Positions 56,068 through 64,000 of a stretch of DNA of 64,000 bases are shown here, in pieces. Made by a program: the position numbers and the translations under genes. Source of the DNA: Alphaproteobacteria bacterium. Its GTDB lineage: Bacteria; Pseudomonadota; Alphaproteobacteria; JAAXGF01. Where the stretch lies: positions 832,001 to 896,000 of the forward strand of contig CAUVXB020000001.1 in NCBI GenBank assembly GCA_963555825.3. The letters are read 5' to 3'. Each line of letters begins with the position of its first letter. Within the stretch, counting starts at the first letter, position 1. The notes beneath the pieces are model-generated. The model worked only from the letters and a program-made list of their open reading frames with translations. It did no database searches and was not told the origin of the DNA.

Positions 56068-56216
56068 AACTTTTGACAATAGCTCTTCGACATCGTGGCG
56101 GTAGCTCTAAAGTGCAGTAGGGCCGGTTGACGCGGCGTCAAAGTTAGTACCCACTATCGGCCAAGCGCGCAACCGGGCCGGGCCGGCGACCGCGCCCTTG
56201 GGGGAAGGACGCAGCA

Positions 56217-57566
56217 TTGCGCATCCACGACGCCCGTTTCGAGACCGCCGACCGCGACACGGTGCGCGCCTATCAGCTCGAAAGGCTCAAAGCACTGCTC
56301 GCCAAAACCTGGGCGACCAACGACTTCTACCGCGCGCATTGGGCCAAGGCGGGTGTCGACATCGAGGCCATCGACTCGCTCGCCGCGTTCTCGGCGCGCG
56401 TGCCGACCGTCGAGAAGCAGGACTTCGTCGCCGACCAGGCCGACGACCCGCCGTTCGGCCGCCGCCACGCCCACCTGCTGTCGCTCGGCGTGTCCTATAC
56501 GGTATTCATCACCGGCGGCACCACCGGCCAAGGCGTCGAGGTTCACCTGCAGAGCAACGACGACATGAAGGGCACCGAGGAGATCTACCGCTACCAGTAC
56601 ACTTGGGCGGTGATCGCACCCGGCGCCCATACCTTCCTCATGTTGCCGATCACCATGATGGGCGGGGGGCGTATCGAATACGCCGGCGCGGTGGCCTTCG
56701 GGCTCTCGGTCAGCACCGTCGGCAACTATGACGCAGGCCGCAAGCTTGAGCTGCTGCGGCGCTTCCAGCCGACGGCGATCATCGCCAACACCTCCTACTT
56801 CGGCCACCTGGCGGCGGTCAGCGGCGAACGGCCGCCGCTCGATGGACTCAGCCACCTGTTCACCGGCGGCGAAGGCTCGGGACATGCCTATCTCGAGCGC
56901 ATCGAGCAGCAGTGGCAGGCGACCGTCTACGACCGCTACGGCAACACGCAGATGGGCAACGACCACATGTTCAGCTGCGAGGCCGGCATCGGTCCGGCCG
57001 ACCGCCCCGGCCTGCTGCACAACGTCGACCCGCTGGTCTACACCGAGGTGATCGACCCCGACACCGGCCGCCATGTCGCCGACGGCGAGGCCGGCGAGCT
57101 GGTGCTCACCAACCTCTACCGCCTGGATGCGCCGGTCGTGCGCTGCCGGGTGCGTGACCGCGCCGTCTACCACGAGGCACGCTATTGCGGTTGCGGGCGG
57201 CCCTTCGCCGGCGTCGAGGTCGCCTCGATCAGCCGGACCGACGACATGAAGAAGGTGAAGAACGTCAATATCTGGCCGCAGGCGGTCGAGAATGCCTTGT
57301 TCGCCGAGCCCCGGGTCGAGGACTTCGAGATCGTGTTGACCTCCGACGCGCGCGAGGCCGACACCGCCACCGCCCGCATCATGCCGCGCGAGACGCTGGC
57401 CGACGGCGACGCGGCGGGGCTCGCGGACCGCCTCGGCGAGGCCCTGCGGACGCGCGTCGGCATCCGCTTCGACGTCCAGATCATCGAACCCGGCAGCCTC
57501 GATCGTGGCGATTTGAAAGTGAGGCGCTGGAAGGACGAACGCATTCACCGGCATTCTACCGGCTGA
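56217..57566 (+). CDS. Phenylacetate-CoA ligase (PaaK) family adenylate-forming enzyme
   Basis: YQLERLK..FYR, TGGTTG P-loop, YDRYG, GELVLTNL, RTDDMKKVKNVNIWP. Confidence 0.85.
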   Translation: MRIHDARFETADRDTVRAYQLERLKALLAKTWATNDFYRAHWAKAGVDIEAIDSLAAFSARVPTVEKQDFVADQADDPPFGRRHAHLLSLGVSYTVFITGGTTGQGVEVHLQSNDDMKGTEEIYRYQYTWAVIAPGAHTFLMLPITMMGGGRIEYAGAVAFGLSVSTVGNYDAGRKLELLRRFQPTAIIANTSYFGHLAAVSGERPPLDGLSHLFTGGEGSGHAYLERIEQQWQATVYDRYGNTQMGNDHMFSCEAGIGPADRPGLLHNVDPLVYTEVIDPDTGRHVADGEAGELVLTNLYRLDAPVVRCRVRDRAVYHEARYCGCGRPFAGVEVASISRTDDMKKVKNVNIWPQAVENALFAEPRVEDFEIVLTSDAREADTATARIMPRETLADGDAAGLADRLGEALRTRVGIRFDVQIIEPGSLDRGDLKVRRWKDERIHRHSTG

Positions 57567-57620
57567 TCCCAGAAATTTGACAATAGGCGTTCGGTGTTAT
57601 ACATCCTATGATGATATGAT

Positions 57621-58031
57621 ATGTCAATTAAGACGCCTGAACACACGTTGGAATTTCTGTTGGCATTCGACGGTCGCAGGCATTGGTACGGGGGTGGTTA
57701 CCACATCCGGTTCGAGATCAAACGCATCGCCGCAACCCCGATCCGGCCCCACGGATTGCGATATTCCTTCACGCTTCACGGGCCGGACAACAAACGCCTG
57801 ATTGGGTTCGACAACGCACATCCAGTGAGCCCGAAGGGCTCGCGGTTCAACCCGAAAGCCGTTGCCGCCGACCACTGGCATCGTAACGAAACCGACGACG
57901 GAAGACCTTATGACTTCATCGACGCCGAACATTTGATCGAAGACTTCTTCAACGAAGTCGAGCGTGTTCTGGTCGCGCGCGGAATTCCGGTTGAGACGGT
58001 TTCTGTCGAGGCAGAAAGGAAAAAGGAATGA
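57621..58031 (+). CDS. DUF6516/TumE-like putative toxin
   Basis: PHGLRYSFTLH..RLIGFDNAH..DHWH..Y.F..LIEDFFNEV; small, lower GC, coupled to an HTH gene. Confidence 0.72.
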   Translation: MSIKTPEHTLEFLLAFDGRRHWYGGGYHIRFEIKRIAATPIRPHGLRYSFTLHGPDNKRLIGFDNAHPVSPKGSRFNPKAVAADHWHRNETDDGRPYDFIDAEHLIEDFFNEVERVLVARGIPVETVSVEAERKKE

Positions 58032-58405
58032 AGAGGAACAGGGTTATGAGCCACCGGGTCCTCAAGGAAGAAATGAAGGCGGTGGCGCGTGGCAAAATCA
58101 AGGCGCCCTCGGACGCGGCGGCGCGAAGCTTTAATTCCGTCGAAGCCCTGGTCCGGCTGCTGACACCGGGGAACCGATACCTGCTGTCGGTGATCCGCGA
58201 CCGAAAGCCCAAGTCGATCGCCGAATTGGCGAAGCTCACTAACCGCGCCGCCTCGAACCTGACGCGCACCCTGGCAAAGCTGGAAGGCGCCGGATTCGTC
58301 GAGATGAAGACCGAAAATCGCCGTAAAGTGCCGACGGTCGGAATCGGGAAAATCCTTATCGAGATCGACCCCTATTCCGAGAACGACCGGCTGGAAATAG
58401 CATGA
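58028..58405 (+). CDS. Winged-HTH regulator, putative antitoxin (HVO_A0114/TumA-like)
   Basis: RLLTPGNRYLL..PKSIAELAKLTNRAASNLTRTLAKLE; ATGA overlap with the upstream gene. Confidence 0.78.
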   Translation: MKRNRVMSHRVLKEEMKAVARGKIKAPSDAAARSFNSVEALVRLLTPGNRYLLSVIRDRKPKSIAELAKLTNRAASNLTRTLAKLEGAGFVEMKTENRRKVPTVGIGKILIEIDPYSENDRLEIA

Positions 58406-58418
58406 GGAGCAGCGCCAT

Positions 58419-59264
58419 ATGGCCGCCATCGACATCCTGTGCAACCTGTTCACGCCCGCGAGCGTGCGCAAGAACTATTCCGAGAACGAGGAGGAAGCGA
58501 GCCGCTTCGCCCAGGTCGGGCGCACCGACAACCTGATCGGTTACGAGCCCGCCGAATTCATCGCGCGCATGGACGGGCTCGGCATCGACAAGGCGCTGAT
58601 CTGCGCCATCATCACCTGGTCGTACCGCGGCCAGCACCCGATCGAGCAGACCTCCGTCGCGGAGGTCGTCGAGGTCAGCGATCAGTACCCCGACCGCCTG
58701 TTCGGCCTCTACGGCGTCAACCCGATGACAGCGATGGCCGGCGTCGCCGAGCTCGAGCGCGCGGTTGTGGAGCACCGCTTCAAGGGCGTCCACATCCACC
58801 CGCACGGTTTCGACATGGCGCCCGACCACGCCTACTACTTCCCGTTCTACGCCAAGTGCCAGGAGCTCGGCGTGCCGGTCGTCATCTCGATGGGCCACAC
58901 GCTCGACATCATGCCGATCGAGAATGGCCGGCCGATCCGCCTCGACCGGGCCGCGATCTATTTCCCCGACCTCGCCTTCGTGCTGACCCACACCGGCTGG
59001 CCGTGGGTCGAGGAGGCCATCGCGATGGCATGGAAGCACCCCAACGTGTTCCTCGGCACCTCGGCCTATGCGCCGAAATACTGGAAACCGGAAATGGTCA
59101 AGTTCATCAACTCGCACGGCCAGGACAAGGTCATGTGGGGCACCGACTTCCCGCTCATCGACCACGCAGAATCGCTCGGGCAGATCGACGGCCTTGGCCT
59201 GCGCGAGACATCGAAGGCGAAACTCCTGCACGACAACGCCGCGCGCGTCTTCGGGCTGGATTGA
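58419..59264 (+). CDS. Amidohydrolase_2 family protein
   Basis: FKGVHIHP, YFPFYAKC, THTGWPW, MWGTDFP, NAARVFG. Confidence 0.88.
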   Translation: MAAIDILCNLFTPASVRKNYSENEEEASRFAQVGRTDNLIGYEPAEFIARMDGLGIDKALICAIITWSYRGQHPIEQTSVAEVVEVSDQYPDRLFGLYGVNPMTAMAGVAELERAVVEHRFKGVHIHPHGFDMAPDHAYYFPFYAKCQELGVPVVISMGHTLDIMPIENGRPIRLDRAAIYFPDLAFVLTHTGWPWVEEAIAMAWKHPNVFLGTSAYAPKYWKPEMVKFINSHGQDKVMWGTDFPLIDHAESLGQIDGLGLRETSKAKLLHDNAARVFGLD

Positions 59265-59279
59265 CGGAAGGAGAGAGCC

Positions 59280-60026
59280 ATGGCAGAACAGCCGGTCGCC
59301 ATCGTCACTGCGGCGGGCAAGGGCATGGGCGAGGCCTGCGCGCGCGAGCTTAGCGACCGCGGCTACAAGCTCGCCCTGATGTCGCCGTCGGGCGCCAGCA
59401 CGCGCCTCGCCGACGAGCTTGGCGGCATCGGCCTCGACGGCTCGGTCACCGAGACCGACGACCTCGCCAAGCTTGTCGCGATGACCCTCGATGCGCACGG
59501 CCGCATCGACGCCGTGGTCAACAATACCGGCCACGCGCCGGGAACACAGCACACGTCCGGTCCGGGCTACGACCCAGACCTGCCGCAGACGTTGCTCGAC
59601 CTCGACGACGGGGCCTGGCTCGATTGCCTCGACATGGTCGTGCTCAACGTCGTGCGCATGTGCCGGCTGGTGACACCGGTCATGGTCGCCCAAGGCGGCG
59701 GCGCGCTGGTCAACATCTCGACCTTCGGCGCCAAGGAACCCCGGCTGACATTTCCGATCTCGTCGGCGCTGCGCGGCGCGCTCGCCGGCTTCACCAAGCT
59801 TTTTGCCGACGAGTACGGCCGCCAGAACATCCGCATGAACAACGTGCTGCCCGGCTTCATGGAGAACTGGCCGATGGACGAGGCGGTGCGCCGCACCGTG
59901 CCGGCCGCGCGCGCCGGGCGCATGGCCGAGGTCGCCAAGACCGTCGCCTTCCTGGTCTCCGACGACGCCGGCTATATCACCGGGCAGAGCATTTTGGTTG
60001 ACGGCGGCGTCAACCGCGGCGTCTGA
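59280..60026 (+). CDS. SDR family oxidoreductase
   Basis: TAAGKGMG, VNNTG, NVLPG, YITGQSILVDGG. Confidence 0.9.
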   Translation: MAEQPVAIVTAAGKGMGEACARELSDRGYKLALMSPSGASTRLADELGGIGLDGSVTETDDLAKLVAMTLDAHGRIDAVVNNTGHAPGTQHTSGPGYDPDLPQTLLDLDDGAWLDCLDMVVLNVVRMCRLVTPVMVAQGGGALVNISTFGAKEPRLTFPISSALRGALAGFTKLFADEYGRQNIRMNNVLPGFMENWPMDEAVRRTVPAARAGRMAEVAKTVAFLVSDDAGYITGQSILVDGGVNRGV

Positions 60027-60037
60027 TTCGGCCCACC

Positions 60038-61216
60038 ATGGCGATCGAGAAATCAGTCCGCGCCCAGATCATGGCGAGCATCGACCGGCTGTGCCGCGAG
60101 CGCATCGCGCCGCGCGCCGCCGAGATCGACGAAGCGGACGAATTCCCGCGCGATCTTTACGCCGCCGCCGCCGAGCTCGGCGTGTTCGGCCTGTGGATCC
60201 CGGAAGCTTACGGCGGCATCGGCCCCGACACGGTCACGCCGCTGCTGATCGCCGAGCGCATCGCGCGCGACAGCGCCTCGTTTTCGCTCTCGTTCTCGAA
60301 CTGCGGCGACGCGGCTACGCCGATCGTCATCGCCGGCTCGGACGCGGTGAAACGCGCGTATCTGCCTGGCATTGCGAGCGGCGCGCTCATTCCGGTCTTC
60401 GCGCTGACCGAGCCGGGCTCGGGCTCGGACGCCGCCTCGATCGTGACGCGGGCCGAGCGCGACGGCGACGACTACGTCATCAACGGCCGCAAGATGTGGA
60501 TCACCAACGGCTCGATCGGCGACGTCTACGTCGTCTTCGCCAAGACCGATCCGGACGCCGGCCACCGCGGCGTCTCGGCCTTCGTCGTGCCGCGCGGAGC
60601 GCCGGGCTTCACGGTCGGGCGCGACGAGACGCTCTTGGGCCTGCACGGCTCGCCGACCAGCGAGCTGATCTTCGAGAATGTCCGGGTGCCCGCCGGGAAC
60701 CGCCTCGGCGCCGAGGGCGAGGGCTTCAAGGTGGCGATGGTGACGCTCGACGAGGCGCGGCTCAACTGCTCGGCCGTGGCGCTCGGCGTTGCTTCCGCCG
60801 CGCTCGAGCTCGCCGTCGCCTACGCCAAACAGCGCGAGCAGTTCGGCAAGCCGATCATCGAGCACCAGGGCCTCCAGTTCCTGCTCGCCGAGATGACGGC
60901 GCAAGTCGCCGCCGCGCGCGCGCTGTGGGAGAAGGCGATCGCCACGATCGAGCGCGAGCGCTCGCGCGAGGCGAGCGTCTGGGCGGCGCTCGCCAAGCTG
61001 GTCTCGACCGACGCGGCGATGCGCGTGACGACCGACGCGGTCCAGGTGTTCGGCGCCATCGGGCTGGCACGCGCCCAGCCGGTCGAGCGCATGATGCGCG
61101 ACGTCAAGGCGTTGCAGATCTTCGACGGCACCAACCAGATCCAGAAGATGCTGATCGGCCGCCACCTGGAGCGCTACGGCTCGCCGATCGGCGACGCCGC
61201 CGACGTGGACATCTGA
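60038..61216 (+). CDS. Acyl-CoA dehydrogenase
   Basis: FALTEPGSGSD, GRKMWITNG, REQFGKPI, QIFDGTNQIQ. Confidence 0.92.
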   Translation: MAIEKSVRAQIMASIDRLCRERIAPRAAEIDEADEFPRDLYAAAAELGVFGLWIPEAYGGIGPDTVTPLLIAERIARDSASFSLSFSNCGDAATPIVIAGSDAVKRAYLPGIASGALIPVFALTEPGSGSDAASIVTRAERDGDDYVINGRKMWITNGSIGDVYVVFAKTDPDAGHRGVSAFVVPRGAPGFTVGRDETLLGLHGSPTSELIFENVRVPAGNRLGAEGEGFKVAMVTLDEARLNCSAVALGVASAALELAVAYAKQREQFGKPIIEHQGLQFLLAEMTAQVAAARALWEKAIATIERERSREASVWAALAKLVSTDAAMRVTTDAVQVFGAIGLARAQPVERMMRDVKALQIFDGTNQIQKMLIGRHLERYGSPIGDAADVDI

Positions 61217-61237
61217 CGCCGGTTCGACGTTGATATC

Positions 61238-61338
61238 ACCACAGAGACACAGAGACACAGAGACACAGAGATAGAAAAACAAATAAATTGAATGATTTAA
61301 ATGATTTTTCTAATGTTGTTTCTCCGTATCTCTGTGGT
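61238..61338. repeat. CACAGAGA x4 tandem repeat with an inverted partner around an AT-rich spacer
   Basis: (CACAGAGA)4 at 61240-61271; TCTCCGTATCTCTGTGGT at 61321-61338. Confidence 0.75.
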
Positions 61339-61383
61339 TTTTCTAACTTTCCTGCGAACGGGAAATTTATTCGAGAGGACGCC

Positions 61384-62154
61384 ATGGACGAGCCGTTGCT
61401 GTTCGAGATCGACCAAAAGGTCGCGACGCTGACGATCAATCGCGAGCGCCGGCGCAATGCGCTCGACGACACGACGCTGTTCAAGATGCGCGACGCGCTG
61501 GAAGCCGCCAAGCGCGAGCGGGTCGGCGCGATCGTGCTGACCGGCGCCGGCACCGTGGCGTTCTGCGCCGGTTCCGACATCAAGGAGCTGGCGTCGCAGA
61601 GCCCCGACGAGAAGATCGCCCATACCGAGCTCGGCCAGTCGATCGCCGACTTGATCGAGCAGCACCCGGCGCCGGTGATCGCCGCGATCGAGGGCTATTG
61701 CCTGGGCGGCGGGCTCGAGATGGCGATGGCCTGCGATTTACGCATCGCCGGCACGGGCGCGACGCTCGGCCTCCCCGAGGTGCGCCGCTTGAGTGCATTG
61801 CCGAGCTGGGGCGGCACGGTGCGCCTGCCGCGCATCGTCGGCGTCGGGCGCGCCCGCGAGGTCATCATCTTCGGCCGCACGCTGACGGCGGAAGAGGCGC
61901 TCGACTGGGGCCTGGTCAACCGCGCCTCCGCGGAGGGCGAGGCCTACGCCGACGCGCTGACGCTGGCGCGCGAGTTCGCCGCGGAAGTCGACCCGGGCGC
62001 CGCGGCGATGGCCAAGCGGCTGGTCACCTACGGCTGGGCCGCGCCGACCGCGACCGGGCGCTACATGGAATACCTCGCCGACATCAGCCAGCTCGCCTCC
62101 GACGCGCTGCAGACCGCCGCCGATAAGTTCTCCGACAAGAGCAAGGGCGATTGA
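61384..62154 (+). CDS. Enoyl-CoA hydratase/isomerase family protein
   Basis: AFCAGSDI, IAAIEGYCLGGGLE..CDLRIA, GLPE; ATG 61384 with GAGG RBS. Confidence 0.9.
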   Translation: MDEPLLFEIDQKVATLTINRERRRNALDDTTLFKMRDALEAAKRERVGAIVLTGAGTVAFCAGSDIKELASQSPDEKIAHTELGQSIADLIEQHPAPVIAAIEGYCLGGGLEMAMACDLRIAGTGATLGLPEVRRLSALPSWGGTVRLPRIVGVGRAREVIIFGRTLTAEEALDWGLVNRASAEGEAYADALTLAREFAAEVDPGAAAMAKRLVTYGWAAPTATGRYMEYLADISQLASDALQTAADKFSDKSKGD

Positions 62155-62369
62155 CGCGCACTGCCGCTCGTGATTGGCTCCATCCATACCCGCCCGTGGC
62201 TATTACTCGGACCTACGTCCCAGGATACCGAAGGGCCTGCATATCGCCGGCAGCAGTCATCGGCTAACCGAGAGAAACTTCGGAAGACGGTAACGTGAAG
62301 TCCATTTCGATGTTGGACTTCTGAAGACAAACACTGCTAAACAAAGAGACAACCTACGAGGGTAGGCGT

Positions 62370-63837
62370 ATGCGATTTGTAGTGGTTCCTAATACATCTA
62401 ATGTTCCGTCCGAAGGACGAGATATCGGATATCTGTGGACCGACAACTGGAATGACTGGTTCAAATACACAACGCTATATGTGCTGACCTATTTTGGTCC
62501 CGATGGTGAGATGCACGCCTTTGGCCCAGTCAAGATCGGCGAATTCGACATGGCGGAGGGGCAGGCGCGCCCAGACCTGCCTACCCGTTTCGAGGCCCTA
62601 GGCAACCAATTTTTCTCACTGGGCCAGGATGCCTCCTACTACACAGCCATCGCCGACCTCGGAGAGATCATCTCAAACCAATTCCTGACGGCCCTGAAAG
62701 ACGTGGTTGCCAATCCGGGCCTGTTCAAGCGGGCGTTGGACGAGGATGTTATGGGGGTTTCGCTTCTTCGATCTATCACAGTCCGGTCCGTCGAAGGACA
62801 ATTCAGGCGCATACTCGGTGGCGGAGCTGCGCTCACCAACTACAGCTTCCTCTACGAGGGCCCGGAACCCGACGATGAAGATATTGGCCGACTTCTACTA
62901 AATTTCGAGGTGACACCCGATTCTACACCGCCAACAAACGTTCATGTTCTCGTAGGCCGGAATGGTGTTGGGAAAACATACTTGCTAAATGCGATGACTC
63001 GGGCGCTCGTGTTACCGGAAGAGAATCCGGAGGACGATGGCATTTTCACATCGACCGATGACTTCATTACTGAAAACCATGACAGCCCGTTCGCCAATGT
63101 CGTCTCGGTCACGTTCAGTGCTTTCGATGACTTCGCCGTCGTCAGAGAGCCACGGAATGTGTCGAAGAGCATTCGCTATTCGAATGTTGGCCTGCGTAAA
63201 CGGATCAAGGACAAGAACGACAAATGGGTCACGATAACGAGAGAGCCAAAGGACCTTGCTGAGGAGTTTTCCTCAAGCGCAAGACTCTGCGTAACTGGCT
63301 ATAGAGCAGCTCGCTGGCAGCGTGCTCTGACAACATTGCAGGCGGATCCGATCTTCGCCGAAGCTCAAGTCGCGGGACTGGTCGATGTGGAGGATAATCT
63401 CTTCGCTAGACGGGCTCGACGGATTTTCCGCAAACTAAGTTCCGGCCACAAGATTGTGCTCCTCACCATCACCAAGCTCGTGGAGAAAGTTGAAGAGAAG
63501 ACGCTGATCCTGGTGGATGAGCCGGAGGCCCATCTCCATCCACCTTTGCTCTCAGCATTCGTACGCGCGCTCTCGGATCTTCTAATCAATCGCAACGGAG
63601 TTGCAATCGTCGCAACCCATTCACCGGTTGTTCTTCAGGAAGTTCCAGTAAGTTGTGTATGGAAAATCGTTAGACATGGATTGGCCGCCCGCGCCGACCG
63701 CCCGGAAATCGAGACGTTCGCTGAGAATGTCGGCGTCCTGACTCGTGAAGTCTTCGGCCTTGAGTTGACCCGGTCCGGCTTCCACAAGATGCTGACCGAA
63801 GCTTCAGGTGGCCTGGACTCAATCGATAATATCCTAA
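62370..63837 (+). pseudogene. ABC/AAA-type ATPase (AbiEii/PtuA-like, defence-associated), interrupted near its 3' end by IS1380
   Basis: GRNGVGKT, FSAFD, LSSGHK, LVDEPEAHLHPP, ATHSP; lower GC. The tail after 63837 is IS-derived. Confidence 0.75.
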
Positions 63838-64000
63838 CCCGCATTTCCCAAGTATCGTCGATATTCAGTGCGGCGAGAAGGCGATTCTGCTATAAGAATC
63901 ATGAAGTTGTAGCATACATGGAGCGGCGGCTATGGCACACCCGATGGGTGAATCGAAACCGGGGTGCCTTCGGGTCGTTTTTGACCGTCGATTGAAGCTT
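63838..64000 (+). mobile_element. Left end of an IS1380 family element; transposase starts at 63932 or 63944
   Basis: Begins CCCGCATTTCCC; frame reads MAHPMGESKPGCLRVVFDRRLKL, resembling IS1380 transposase N-termini. Runs off the window. Confidence 0.72.

Larger units (their letters stand above)
51092..56087 (+). mobile_element. IS256 family element whose two terminal IRs are each split by an 1801-bp IS
   Basis: Reconstructed left end AGAGCTATAACCGAATCTTGTGTA; right end (reverse complement) AGAGCTATTGTCAAAAGTTGTGTA. CGACATCG occurs at 51084-51091 and 56088-56095. Exact ends uncertain by 1-2 bp. Confidence 0.85.

Overview
High-GC (Rhodospirillales-like) alphaproteobacterial chromosomal segment. 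A housekeeping and catabolic backbone (tpiA, ppiD, trpE, cysH, glnA, creatinase, dihydropyrimidinase, CoA-dependent catabolic genes) is heavily colonised by insertion sequences. I count 11 copies of 7 types, about 15 kb in total: IS630 x2, IS1595/ISSod11, a two-ORF IS3-like element x2, IS1182, an 1801-bp IS1182/IS4-like element x3, IS256 and a partial IS1380. Many accessory genes are broken: two Sel1 proteins, a secreted caspase-like protease, a TPR-CHAT protease, a defence-type ABC ATPase and amtB/glnB. Most notable observations: (1) the 1801-bp IS has inserted independently into both terminal inverted repeats of one IS256 at exactly the same offset, and its third copy sits beside a similar motif, suggesting an IS that targets the ends of other ISs; (2) the IS3-like element makes 14-bp target duplications; (3) a structured 258-bp MITE creates a perfect extended -10 promoter; (4) a SAM-II riboswitch with an intrinsic terminator lies upstream of cysH; (5) a DddP-like M24 enzyme appears to lack the catalytic Asp; (6) a family of ~30-bp degenerate palindromes borders accessory cassettes. 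All calls come from reading the sequence by eye; no database searches were run.
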